Shown: positions 49,405 through 59,644, numbered from the stretch's first letter. The stretch is 64,000 bases of DNA from Bacilli bacterium (GCA_045628045.1 JAZQOV010000003.1:85773-149772), one strand, 5' to 3'. Made by a program: numbers and translations. The notes: generated by a model not told the origin, from the letters alone.

Positions 49405-50394
49405 TTAATTTAATAAGTCGCTAAAGATTTCTTTATAAACTAAAGTATCCTCAATACGAGTAATGGCGGTAATTTTATTTCCAGAATCTTTACTCGAAGA
49501 TCCACAATGGAAAATCATTTCGTTAATTAATCCATAGTCTAAAACAATGTATCTATCATGAAACTTTCCATTATTTGATTTTAATTCAACAATATTTTGA
49601 GTTTCAGTTTCAAAATCTTTTATATAATCATTACTTATATTATTTCTAGCTTTATTGTCTGAAATAATCGTAATTTTGACATTTTTCTTACACGATTTTA
49701 ATAATTGGAATGTTTTAAGATCAATATAATCATCAACAATCAAAATTGTTTTTTTAGCTTTGCTATAAATAGATTGATAAGCAACATCTGCTTCAATTTT
49801 ATTTCCATCTAATATTAAGAAATGTTTAAAGGAAGAAGAATCTATAAACTTATCAAATACGATTTTCAGTTTCTTCTCATGTTTCTCTAATTGAAAAGTG
49901 TGTTTGCTTACTGTGTTAGTTAATTTTAATAACTCTGAAATAGAAATAAGATTCTGATTATTAACAATATAATCTTTCATTTCTTTAAAAGTTTTAATAA
50001 GCAAAATGCTTTGTTTAGTTGCAAGCTCACCTTTCAAAACGGTCATTAACATATAAACGCCCTGTTCAGTGAAAGCGTATGGAATGTGCCTATCACCACC
50101 CCAACTTGCGGTCGCAATTTGCGACTTCAAGTTTTTTTCACTGTGTGAACTTGCAGTCGAATTTTTCAATTTTAAGATTGTTTCCCATTCCTTTTTGTTT
50201 AATTGAAATCTAAAAGTTTCATCAAATTTTTCTAAATTTCGTTTAACTTGTTCGTTAAATCTTTTTGTTTCGTATCCATAAAATTCAGAGAGTTCAAAAT
50301 CAAGCATAACCTTTTGACCACGAACTTCATAAATCATTGAGTTAATGCTTTTATCTAAAGATAAAGTTTGTTCTTTTAATTTTATTTCTTTCAT
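49405..50394 (-). CDS. ORF6N domain protein with C-terminal PLD-like domain
   Basis: RGQKVMLDFELSEFYGYETKRFNEQVKRN and PYAFTEQGV; C-terminal FHDRYIVLD...GSSSKD. Confidence 0.9.
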   Translation of the reverse strand: MKEIKLKEQTLSLDKSINSMIYEVRGQKVMLDFELSEFYGYETKRFNEQVKRNLEKFDETFRFQLNKKEWETILKLKNSTASSHSEKNLKSQIATASWGGDRHIPYAFTEQGVYMLMTVLKGELATKQSILLIKTFKEMKDYIVNNQNLISISELLKLTNTVSKHTFQLEKHEKKLKIVFDKFIDSSSFKHFLILDGNKIEADVAYQSIYSKAKKTILIVDDYIDLKTFQLLKSCKKNVKITIISDNKARNNISNDYIKDFETETQNIVELKSNNGKFHDRYIVLDYGLINEMIFHCGSSSKDSGNKITAITRIEDTLVYKEIFSDLLN

Positions 50395-50456
50395 GCTTAT
50401 AATGTATCATTTATGCTGAATAACAACATAAATGATACTGAAAGGAATAAAAAAAT

Positions 50457-50499
50457 AAAAAACAGGCGTGTGTCAAACCTGTTGTTATCTAATGTCTTT
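50457..50499. repeat. Module C copy 1: terminator + TATCTAATGTCTTT
   Basis: AAAAACAG...CTGTTGTTATCTAATGTCTTT, homologous to 52449-52492. Confidence 0.8.
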
Positions 50500-50537
50500 C
50501 TAATAAAGAAATGATCAAAATAAGCCAAATTAAATTG

Positions 50538-51326
50538 TTACTTCTTCTTGCATATGTAAATTAAATGATTGTTTCTACCAAGTAATTCTCTTTTTTCAGA
50601 AAAATGAATATGCCAATTTATGTATGATTTAAATTCTTCATCAGTAAAATGAAAGTCAGTTCTTTCTTCTAATGATTCTAAACTGCCATCAGTTCCTACA
50701 GTTGTTATATATTCTACAAACTTATTCTTAAATAGATTTTCAAATTCACAAACATCATATCCAGTAAATAATTGTTCCTCGAAATGCAGTACATTCATTT
50801 TATCATCATAATTTTCTTTTAATCCTGCGCTCCATTTGCCATACATATAGTTAGAGTCCATAATTCCATAAATTGAAATAAAAGCAAACATTAAAATACC
50901 ACCAGATTTTGTTACTCTAATTGCTTCATCAATTGCTTTGTTTATATCTTTGCAATCGTATAAGTGATAAAAAGGACCGAATGATAATGTTAAATCAAAA
51001 TAATCATCTTGAAATTTAGATAAATCAACCGCATCACCAAGATACGATTTAAGATTGATTATTCCACAGGAATTTTTTTGTAATACTTTTAAATTATTTT
51101 CAACTAATTCAATTGCCGAAACATCATATCCTTCTTTTGCCAAAGCAATTGAATATTTACCAGTGCCGGCACCAATTTCGATTATCTTAGCACTTTTATT
51201 TATATACTTGTGTATAAAATGCATTGTGGTAGCATATTCTAGTTGTCCGTGTCTGCTTCTAATTAATCTTGTATCTTCATTAGTTTTATCATAGAAATCT
51301 TTTAAATATTCTTTTCTTCTACTCAT
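50538..51326 (-). CDS. Class I SAM-dependent methyltransferase
   Basis: IIEIGAGTGKYS and FGPFYHL motifs. Confidence 0.92.
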   Translation of the reverse strand: MSRRKEYLKDFYDKTNEDTRLIRSRHGQLEYATTMHFIHKYINKSAKIIEIGAGTGKYSIALAKEGYDVSAIELVENNLKVLQKNSCGIINLKSYLGDAVDLSKFQDDYFDLTLSFGPFYHLYDCKDINKAIDEAIRVTKSGGILMFAFISIYGIMDSNYMYGKWSAGLKENYDDKMNVLHFEEQLFTGYDVCEFENLFKNKFVEYITTVGTDGSLESLEERTDFHFTDEEFKSYINWHIHFSEKRELLGRNNHLIYICKKK

Positions 51327-51517
51327 ACTATTTCTTCAGTCTCCAAAATCCCGTTTTATTATTTCTTTATTATATCATGATTAAATCATTTACTCAGAAG
51401 AAGTATAGATGTTTTAAACATAAAATTTTTACTTAGTCTCGAATGTGTTATCTCATAATCTTTCACAAACCTCAAATTTTTTTATTTTTTGAATGAACAT
51501 TAATATTCTTGTAAAGA

Positions 51518-51637
51518 AAAAATCCCTTCTGTTTTGACTAATTTTAAGTCAAAATTTTGGGGGAATTTTTATCCTTATGTCTTTTTGCAATGATACCAAT
51601 ACACGTTTTTTTCAAATTAGATATGATACCAATACAC
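51518..51637. repeat. Hairpin H + TGTCTT + two 15-bp repeats
   Basis: H hairpin at 51518-51568; TGTCTT at 51578; ATGATACCAATACAC at 51590 and 51623. Confidence 0.85.
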
Positions 51638-51646
51638 TAAGACTAA

Positions 51647-52393
51647 TTAGTATCTTTTTTTGTCTTTGTGCTTTTTCCACCACTTTTTAAGTGGTAAATC
51701 GTGAGTTTTATAATCCTCAATTATTTTCTTCAATTTTTCTTCATTTAACACTTTGTGGAAAAAGAATGTAGGTTTGTTTCCGCTTTCTTTATCACTAGCC
51801 ATCTCAGATAATTTGAATTGTTCAAACTTAATAACCAAGTTATTTGAGATTTTTTTAAGTTTAAATCCTAAATGTAAGGAATAAGCAAAATCAACAACCA
51901 TCATTCCGATTACTAAACCTACAAAATAATCATAGATTGGGTAAGTTGAAATCGTTTCAATAGCATTAACTAATAATGGATTCAAAAAGAAATAATATAA
52001 ACTACCGGCAACAAACCAAATCAATGAAAATAAAGGACAAATAACACCCTTAAAGTTTCCCCATCGATCTGAATAATCCCACAGTTTCAAATGCATTCCC
52101 TTAATAAAGATTAAACCAGCAACAAGTTCTATTAGTGTCATCATTATTCCAATAATAGCGAGAATTATTATTGTTTTTAGCGCTTTAGAAAGTTCAAGAT
52201 TAGCAATTCCAAAATTTGAAATTGCAAATAATAAAATTACACCAAAACCATAAAGTGGAATGTATGGTCCAACTAAAAATCCTGGATTGACCCAACGTTT
52301 TTGAGAGACAAATCTTCTATAAAAGAGTTCAATAACATAGCCAATTATTGATCCGATAACAAACAATGTAGAAATAACTACTAAAACTTCCAT
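51647..52393 (-). CDS. Putative ABC transporter permease (CmpB-like membrane protein)
   Basis: GFLVGPYIPLYGFG and LWDYS..WGNFKGVICP motifs. Confidence 0.85.
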   Translation of the reverse strand: MEVLVVISTLFVIGSIIGYVIELFYRRFVSQKRWVNPGFLVGPYIPLYGFGVILLFAISNFGIANLELSKALKTIIILAIIGIMMTLIELVAGLIFIKGMHLKLWDYSDRWGNFKGVICPLFSLIWFVAGSLYYFFLNPLLVNAIETISTYPIYDYFVGLVIGMMVVDFAYSLHLGFKLKKISNNLVIKFEQFKLSEMASDKESGNKPTFFFHKVLNEEKLKKIIEDYKTHDLPLKKWWKKHKDKKRY

Positions 52394-52448
52394 GTGTTTA
52401 TATTAGCATTTTACAAGAAAATCACCATCTATAATCTTTTATAGTTGT

Positions 52449-52502
52449 AAAAACAGAGCCAAAATAAGGTTCTGTTGCTATCTAATGTCTTTTAAGTATC
52501 AA
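52449..52502. repeat. Module C copy 2
   Basis: AAAAACAG...CTGTTGCTATCTAATGTCTTTTAAGTATCAA. Confidence 0.8.
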
Positions 52503-52568
52503 AATCAATAATTGGCGATAAATTCAATTTTACATATTTACGCTTTTCTCTAGTGTTATTTGCATATA

Positions 52569-52620
52569 AAAAACCCTCCTCTATTTTAACCAATTTTGGT
52601 CAAAATTTTGGAGGGAATTT
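52569..52620 (-). terminator. Hairpin H / tRNA-His terminator
   Basis: Long bulged stem starting 8 nt after the tRNA CCA, ending in a U-tract on the minus strand. Confidence 0.75.
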
Positions 52621-52628
52621 CACTTTAA

Positions 52629-52706
52629 TGGGGCGAGTGATGAGATTCGAACTCACGAATGACCGGTTCACAGCCGGTTGTGTTTGGCCTCTTCACCACA
52701 CTCGCC
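52629..52706 (-). tRNA. tRNA-His (GTG)
   Basis: G-1:C73; anticodon loop CTGTGAA. Confidence 0.96.
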
Positions 52707-52751
52707 AAGACCGACAAATATAATAGCCACTAAAGTGCTTTTTGTAAAGAA

Positions 52752-54059
52752 TTATTTATTCTTTTCTTCTGAATCTTCGTAGATATGTTTCATCCAAGGG
52801 AAGTTCGGCCAAACGTTATAATGGAATCTTGAGAATTCTTCGACCATAAGTAGTAACTTACCAATAACTGGTTTTGGAGGAATTACTTCTAAATATTCTC
52901 CATTTACATAAAGACCAGTAAATGTACAATCTGTAACAATAACCAGAGTCCAGAATTGATCATATGTAAGCTTAAATGAGAATGGTTTTCCATCTCTTTC
53001 ACCATCGAAGAAGAAACCTTCGTGGTTACATTTTACTGTGCCTTTTCCACAAGGAATTGAAGTGCGCTTGTGTGTTAAATATTTGTATTTTGGAAGTTCC
53101 CCTAAAACACAATTTTCTACGATAAATTCGTACTTTTCATCAGATTTAATGCGCTCAAACTCAATCTTTCTTTCCATATCAACCCACTTCGAAAGTGACT
53201 CTGGAATAATAGCGTCTTTAGATGGATGAAATTCATATTTATCATCTAGGGTCGCACCGTTTCCGCAATTATTACAGTGAATTTCATTTCCCTTAGTTTC
53301 GATTGTAAATTCTTTACCACATTTTGGACAATGATAAGCAAGATCCTCAAAATGGGAAGTTGCATTTTCCATGTTTTTGAAATGATATTTTTTAACTTTG
53401 TTCCATTCGTAATCATCTTGCCAAAGGTATTCATTTATCTTTGCATCAATTTCTTCTGCAGACAGAGTCTGAATTTGTTCAGGACTAAATAAACAAACAA
53501 GTTCTGCTTCCATCATTCCAGGACGATTATCTAAGCAAACTTTATGATTTACTAAGTAAGCTCCTTGAGACTTCATGGCATAAACTGGAACATTAAAATG
53601 TTTTAAGAATTTTCCCGCAGGAACAATTGGCTGACTATGTCCACAAATTGAGGACATTCCTTCAGGTGAAAAACATACAATTCCACCATCTTTAATGATT
53701 TTTGTCATCGCTTTAATTGAGACTAAATCTGTAGTGAAATTTTTCTTAGGAATTGCGTGGATTAATTTGAAAATTAATTTGAAATGTGATCTAAAAAATT
53801 CATTATAACCAATGACAAAATTAATTCTTTGACCTTTGGTCATTTTTATAATGTTAACCCAGTCAAATCTTGATTGGTGATTATAAATAATGAATTTTGC
53901 TCCACCATATTTTGTAATTTCATCTTTAACATTAAGTATTTGTTTTCCGTATTGTTTCATTACTAAAGGTGCAATACAATGCGCTAAAAACCACCACAAA
54001 ACTTTGTTTGGTCTTTTATAAACTCTTGTTGCGACATCTTCTTGAATTGTTTTTTTCAT
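52752..54059 (-). CDS. PlsC-like lysophospholipid acyltransferase with Zn-ribbon extension
   Basis: NHQSRFD and FSPEG motifs; CPKC...CNNC. Confidence 0.85.
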   Translation of the reverse strand: MKKTIQEDVATRVYKRPNKVLWWFLAHCIAPLVMKQYGKQILNVKDEITKYGGAKFIIYNHQSRFDWVNIIKMTKGQRINFVIGYNEFFRSHFKLIFKLIHAIPKKNFTTDLVSIKAMTKIIKDGGIVCFSPEGMSSICGHSQPIVPAGKFLKHFNVPVYAMKSQGAYLVNHKVCLDNRPGMMEAELVCLFSPEQIQTLSAEEIDAKINEYLWQDDYEWNKVKKYHFKNMENATSHFEDLAYHCPKCGKEFTIETKGNEIHCNNCGNGATLDDKYEFHPSKDAIIPESLSKWVDMERKIEFERIKSDEKYEFIVENCVLGELPKYKYLTHKRTSIPCGKGTVKCNHEGFFFDGERDGKPFSFKLTYDQFWTLVIVTDCTFTGLYVNGEYLEVIPPKPVIGKLLLMVEEFSRFHYNVWPNFPWMKHIYEDSEEKNK

Positions 54060-54060
54060 A

Positions 54061-54576
54061 TTAATTTTTCCCTATCATTTTCTTCGCTAATTTTAGAATT
54101 GGAAGTTCTCTTTGCTTGACTATTTTTCCAACCAAAACATTCTGCATATTTTCATAAAGTTTAATTGCTTCATCAATTGGAACCCAGATTATTTTTTCAA
54201 TACGAATTTGTTCGTCAGGTTCTAGATGTTGTTCAACTTTTTCAAGACGTTTTACTAAGTAAAAATGATTATGATTTTTTCTAAAAATTAAATTGTAATA
54301 ATCATCAACATCTGCAATTGGAGCAATGACTTTGCATTTATAACCGACTTCTTCCTCTATCTCTCTTTCAAGGGCTTGAACATGTGTTTCACCAGCTTTA
54401 ATTCCACCACCAGGAGTTTCATAATAATCCCTTGGACCAAAACCATCATCATCTAGAATTTTTTCAAGACAAACGTTATTTTTATCGTCAATTAAAATGG
54501 CTCTCGCAATTTCTCTTTCGTGATTAATACCTTTGAACATGTATTGATCATCTCTGTACTTGAATAGAGGTGTCAT
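54061..54576 (-). CDS. NUDIX hydrolase
   Basis: GGGIKAGETHVQALEREIEEEVG Nudix box. Confidence 0.93.
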   Translation of the reverse strand: MTPLFKYRDDQYMFKGINHEREIARAILIDDKNNVCLEKILDDDGFGPRDYYETPGGGIKAGETHVQALEREIEEEVGYKCKVIAPIADVDDYYNLIFRKNHNHFYLVKRLEKVEQHLEPDEQIRIEKIIWVPIDEAIKLYENMQNVLVGKIVKQRELPILKLAKKMIGKN

Positions 54577-54622
54577 GGCATATATTGTATCAAAATTATA
54601 GAATTATGCTATAATTTCAAGC

Positions 54623-55219
54623 ATGAAAGCCAAGGTTTCGTTAAAAGAATACATCCAAATATTTCTTACTTTTCTTAAGTTAGGGTTCCTTTCAATTGGC
54701 GGCGGAAACACAATGGTTTCAATGCTTGAAGGTGAACTTATTGATAAGAAAAAATGGATCACTACAGAAGAATTAATTGAGATGATTGCGGTCGCCGAAG
54801 TAACTCCTGGTCCAATTGCTATAAACATTGCAACCTACATTGGTTATAAAAAAGGAAAAGTTTTAGGTGCACTGATGACAACTTTAGGAATCATTATTCC
54901 ACCAGTCATCTGCATGTTTTTAATCGCAACTTTCCTTGATAAACTCGTCCAATTTAATTTTATTAATTATGCTTTAAATGGCGTAAAATGTGGAGTTGTT
55001 TTATTACTTATTACTGTCATTATTTCTTTAATAAAGAAAACAAAACTTGATGTGTTTGGAATTCTTGGAATTGTTTTGGCAGTTTCTGCAAGAATTTTAT
55101 TAGCTTTGTTTAATGTGAATTTCTCTGCAATCTATTTTATTTTAATAGGTGCAGTTTTAGGTATTTTAATTTACGGAATAATTCCAAAACACAAACATAA
55201 AAAGGAGGAGAAAAAATGA
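54623..55219 (+). CDS. Short-chain chromate transporter subunit
   Basis: SIGGG and TPGPIA motifs. Confidence 0.9.
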   Translation: MKAKVSLKEYIQIFLTFLKLGFLSIGGGNTMVSMLEGELIDKKKWITTEELIEMIAVAEVTPGPIAINIATYIGYKKGKVLGALMTTLGIIIPPVICMFLIATFLDKLVQFNFINYALNGVKCGVVLLLITVIISLIKKTKLDVFGILGIVLAVSARILLALFNVNFSAIYFILIGAVLGILIYGIIPKHKHKKEEKK

Positions 55220-55797
55220 TTTATTTATGGCTCTTCCTTGAGTTTTTAAAGATTGGTTTATTCACCTTTGGTGGCGGCTATGCAATGATTCCGCTTGTTC
55301 AAGAAGTTATTGAAAAACATGGTTGGTTAACAGAATCTCAATTCGCGTACATGATTGGCCTATGTGAAGTTACTCCAGGACCAATTGCACTTAATATGGC
55401 AACATATGTTGGAGCAACAAATGGAGGATTCCTCGGAGGGCTTGTTGCAACAATTGGAGTTGTTATACCATCCTTTGTTATCATGTGCATTATCGCTGCA
55501 CTTTTATCAAAGTTTGCAAAAAATCGTTACGTTACAGCAGCCTTAAAAGGAACTATGGCTGTTGCAATTGCATTAATTATATGCGCGACCCTCACAATGA
55601 TTAATGAGGTTCTCTTCCCTGGAAAAGTTTCAATCAAAAACTTCAAAATTACTGCAAACATAGAAATGATTAAGATGTTTGTGATTATTCTTGAAGGCTA
55701 CAGTTTATTAAGAGTAATCCGTAAGAAAAAACCAGATCCAATTTCTGTCATTATTATGGCAGCAATCATTGGAATTATAGTTGGATATTTAAATTAA
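55216..55797 (+). CDS. Short-chain chromate transporter subunit
   Basis: TFGGGYAM and TPGPIALN motifs. Confidence 0.9.
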   Translation: MIYLWLFLEFLKIGLFTFGGGYAMIPLVQEVIEKHGWLTESQFAYMIGLCEVTPGPIALNMATYVGATNGGFLGGLVATIGVVIPSFVIMCIIAALLSKFAKNRYVTAALKGTMAVAIALIICATLTMINEVLFPGKVSIKNFKITANIEMIKMFVIILEGYSLLRVIRKKKPDPISVIIMAAIIGIIVGYLN

Positions 55798-55820
55798 AAA
55801 GGACCATAAGGTCCTTTTCT

Positions 55821-58800
55821 TTATTCGTTTGAACGAAGTGCAACAACTGGATCTTTATGAGCTGCGCTTTGTGAAGGAACAAGTCCTGAAACCACGCTAA
55901 GTACAACTGAAACAAGGATCATTATTGCAGCAGCAATTATTGTTAAGTGCATGAGTGAGAAATGAATGATTCCCTCTAAGATTGGGTTAACAATTAACTC
56001 AATAATGAAGGTTATAACGATCCCAAACACTCCAGAGAATAATCCGGTTAAGAATGTCTCGGTGACAAATAAATTTGCAACGTCACGTTTTCTTCCACCA
56101 AGTGAACGAATAACGCCAATTTCTTTGATTCTTTCAACAACAGAAATGTAAGTAATAACTGCAATCATGAAGCAAGAAACAACAAGTGAAAGAGATGTAA
56201 ATGCAACCAATGCAATGGTTATACCATTGATTAAGGAAGTAATGATGTCTACAATAATTTCAATTGTATCGCTATAAGAAATTTCTTCACGATCTGTTCT
56301 TGCTAAAACCTTATCACCAATTGTTAAATCAACATCTTCATTCCACTTATCAAGATAAGAAGTAATATTTTCTTTTGCTTCAAATGATTCTGGATAAATG
56401 GTTAATCCATATGGAAGATCATCAAATTCTGCACCAATAAATTCTTCGTTTTCATCATAAATAGGAATTGTTTTTAAACCAGAAACACAGCGAAGTGAAC
56501 TTGTGTTCTTTTCAAAATAATTAACACCAGTAATTCCTGAGAATAAATCATTCATCGCAGAATCAAATCCACCATTTAATGATGGTGCATAACCACCATG
56601 TACTAATACACCATCTATTTTATCTTCGGAATAATCTAGATAATCATATGTAACGTAAGCTTCTCTATAATTGGTTTGATAAGTTGCAGGGTTCTTTAAG
56701 AAATCACATAGAGCTTTTGTTACTCTTCCATCGGCTGAATCAGCACGGAACTTATCAGCAAATGCTTTTGTGTAATATAAACCAGTTTGTAAGCAACCAA
56801 AATGTTTATCTTTTTGGAGTTGAACAATTGATTTGATTTTAAGAATTTCCCCATCGACACCTTCTGCTTTTGGATTTTTAATCCAATCATCATCCGCAAC
56901 AGCGCTATATGAATAACCTGTAATTGGATTTGATTTCTCTGTGATAATTGGGGAAATAAAGTGAATTTCAGTTGGATTTAAGGATGAATTTAATTTACTA
57001 AAAAGAACTTGGAAAGTTGGATCTTGTGAATTTAAAACAAAACCAAATTCTAATTTTGGAGCGAGCTCTGAAATTAATGTTTCATCATCAAAGTTTGCGC
57101 CTCTTGCAAATAAATCCAATAAGACTTGTTGGTCAAAAGCGTACCATGTTCCATCGAGTTCTTCTTTTTTAGTAACATCTTTTTTATAAAGAATATCTGC
57201 ATTTATACAAGCGATTGTTTTTGTTTCATATTCATTTTTATCGTTTTTATAAATTGTGTTTCCATAAAGTAAGTTGAAACCAAATAAACTTTGGAAAGAT
57301 AAAGAAACAAAACGGTTAAGGTCTCCACTTTCAATTACGGAGATTGAAATATCAAAAGAAATTTCATTTTCTGCAACGGCTTGCTTTTCTTCACTATAAA
57401 TAGTGTTTTGTGGGAAATAATAGAAATCAGAATTCAAAACATCTTCCATTGAGAAAGAACGACGATAAGGATTTGCTTCGCGAATTTTGCTTAATTCTTC
57501 GTTAACTTTTTCATTAGACCAGCTTGGGTAATCTTCTTGTTTCTTTAACTCTTGTTCTGCTAAAGCACATCTAGCGACATTAATAAATTCGTCATGTTCA
57601 AAGAAACCAAGTTGTGCAAACAAAACATCAGTTAAAGTAACATCATCGCCAACAACAAGGACTAAATCATTTTGTTCAAATCCTTCTAACTTATCTCCGG
57701 CGATAACATCGTATTGATTGCTAACATAATCGAGATTTTCTGGCAATTCGTGCATTGAAGATCTAAATAAATCTGCGAATTGTGAGTAAGTTGAGAAGCC
57801 TTTTACGGTATTTAATTCTGAAACATATCTTTGAGTAATTCCGTTGAATGTAATGTATTGATCTTTTTCACTTCTAGAGTCATTCCATTTACCGAAAATG
57901 TTATTTGTAACATCGATTCCGTAATTTTCTCTTATGACAGGAGCATCTTCTTTTGAAAGACCTCTAACATAAGCGATTAAATCATCATCAATTTTATTAG
58001 TTTTAACATTTGTTAAATCTGAATAAGTATTCATCAAATAATTAATCATTGAATCAACACCAACTTCAGGTCTTTCAGGATTAAATTTGAACTCTTCTTT
58101 TACTTTATTTTTATCTAATCCACTCATTAATGCTGTGTAATCAACCGCTTCTTCTTGAATTGTAATTGGATAATTTGAAAGCATGTCATTTTGAAGTACA
58201 CCAATGTAATCCTTAACACCACGGCTAACAGCTAAAACAGCTGAAACACCAATAATGCCAATTGAACCTGCAATTGTAACGAGAATTGTTCTTCTTAATT
58301 TTGAAAGTAAATTTGATGTAGAAAGTCCAATCGATGTAAAAAGCGACATTGAGGTTTTCTTTTTCTTTCCTTTGGAACTAACATCGATTTGTTCTATTTT
58401 TTCCACACCATCAAAAGGATTTGAATCATCTGTAAGAAGTCCATCGGACATCTTAATGATTCTTGTTGAATATGTATATGCTAAATCAGGGTTATGAGTA
58501 ACCATGATGACAAGTCTATCTTTAGCAACATCTTTTAAAAGTTCCATAATTTGGATTGATGTTTCTGAATCAAGAGCACCAGTTGGTTCGTCTGCTAAAA
58601 GAATTTCTGGGTTATTAATTAATGCTCTTGCAATAGCAACTCTTTGACATTGGCCACCAGAAAGTTGGTTTGGTTTTTTCTTTTCCATACCTTCAAGGCC
58701 AACCTTTTTAAGAGCCTCCATAGCTCTAGCTTTTCTCTCTTCTTTACTAACTCCGGCAATGGTTAATGCGAGCTCGACATTCTTAAGAATATTTTGGTGT

Positions 58801-59093
58801 GCAATTAAATTATAAGTTTGGAAAATAAAACCAACAGAATGATTACGATAAGTATCCCAATCTCTATCTGTATATTTTTTAGTGGATTTTCCATTTATTT
58901 TTAGATCACCTTTTGTGTATCTATCAAGTCCACCGATGATGTTTAATGTTGTTGTTTTACCACAACCAGATGCACCTAAAATTGAAACGAATTCGTTCTT
59001 CCTAAAATTGACCGAAATTCCCTTCAAAGCATGAGTGACGTTATTACCATTCACATAGTCTTTTGCAATATTCTTTAGTTCGAGCATAATCAA
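55821..59093 (-). CDS. MacB-like fused ABC ATPase/permease
   Basis: GASGCGKT, LSGGQ, ADEPTGALD, large extracellular domain and ERIKEIGVIRSLG. Confidence 0.92.
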   Translation of the reverse strand: MIMLELKNIAKDYVNGNNVTHALKGISVNFRKNEFVSILGASGCGKTTTLNIIGGLDRYTKGDLKINGKSTKKYTDRDWDTYRNHSVGFIFQTYNLIAHQNILKNVELALTIAGVSKEERKARAMEALKKVGLEGMEKKKPNQLSGGQCQRVAIARALINNPEILLADEPTGALDSETSIQIMELLKDVAKDRLVIMVTHNPDLAYTYSTRIIKMSDGLLTDDSNPFDGVEKIEQIDVSSKGKKKKTSMSLFTSIGLSTSNLLSKLRRTILVTIAGSIGIIGVSAVLAVSRGVKDYIGVLQNDMLSNYPITIQEEAVDYTALMSGLDKNKVKEEFKFNPERPEVGVDSMINYLMNTYSDLTNVKTNKIDDDLIAYVRGLSKEDAPVIRENYGIDVTNNIFGKWNDSRSEKDQYITFNGITQRYVSELNTVKGFSTYSQFADLFRSSMHELPENLDYVSNQYDVIAGDKLEGFEQNDLVLVVGDDVTLTDVLFAQLGFFEHDEFINVARCALAEQELKKQEDYPSWSNEKVNEELSKIREANPYRRSFSMEDVLNSDFYYFPQNTIYSEEKQAVAENEISFDISISVIESGDLNRFVSLSFQSLFGFNLLYGNTIYKNDKNEYETKTIACINADILYKKDVTKKEELDGTWYAFDQQVLLDLFARGANFDDETLISELAPKLEFGFVLNSQDPTFQVLFSKLNSSLNPTEIHFISPIITEKSNPITGYSYSAVADDDWIKNPKAEGVDGEILKIKSIVQLQKDKHFGCLQTGLYYTKAFADKFRADSADGRVTKALCDFLKNPATYQTNYREAYVTYDYLDYSEDKIDGVLVHGGYAPSLNGGFDSAMNDLFSGITGVNYFEKNTSSLRCVSGLKTIPIYDENEEFIGAEFDDLPYGLTIYPESFEAKENITSYLDKWNEDVDLTIGDKVLARTDREEISYSDTIEIIVDIITSLINGITIALVAFTSLSLVVSCFMIAVITYISVVERIKEIGVIRSLGGRKRDVANLFVTETFLTGLFSGVFGIVITFIIELIVNPILEGIIHFSLMHLTIIAAAIMILVSVVLSVVSGLVPSQSAAHKDPVVALRSNE

Positions 59094-59308
59094 AGCCTCC
59101 TAACTTAAAGCAAGTAATAATATAAACTAATTTGAAAATATAACAATAAATATTTACGTTTTTTTCATAAATAAAATTTATAGAAAGTATAGGCAATAGG
59201 CTATATATAGTTTTTAATTCGTAAAATTAAGATTAAAATATGAAAAGATAATAAAATCTTTCATTTTATGAAAATAAGGATTATAATATATTCAAAGAGG
59301 CTAACAAA

Positions 59309-59641
59309 ATGAAACATTTATTATTTGTCGTTTTAGAGAACAAAAAAGAAACACACGATTTAATTCGCAACCTTTCGAACAATGGTTTTAATGGAACAGT
59401 ACTCAGTTCTACTTCCCTAAACCATGTTATTCATGATGAAGATGAAGATACACCAAGTTTCTTCTCTTTAGCACATATTTCGGAAAACAAATTTGTGCAT
59501 AACACCACCATCTACTTTATTTTAGAAGAAAAAGAGCTTAAAGAAGTTCAAGCTTTAATACGTGAATACACAGAAAATTTTAAAAAAGTTAAGGGTGGAA
59601 TGTTCACTACTCCAGTAGAAAGCTTCGAAGGTAGTTTCTAA
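59309..59641 (+). CDS. P-II-like small protein
   Basis: 110 aa with LLFVVL...GFNGTVL...GGMFTTPV beta-alpha-beta pattern. Confidence 0.55.
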   Translation: MKHLLFVVLENKKETHDLIRNLSNNGFNGTVLSSTSLNHVIHDEDEDTPSFFSLAHISENKFVHNTTIYFILEEKELKEVQALIREYTENFKKVKGGMFTTPVESFEGSF

Positions 59642-59644
59642 TTT

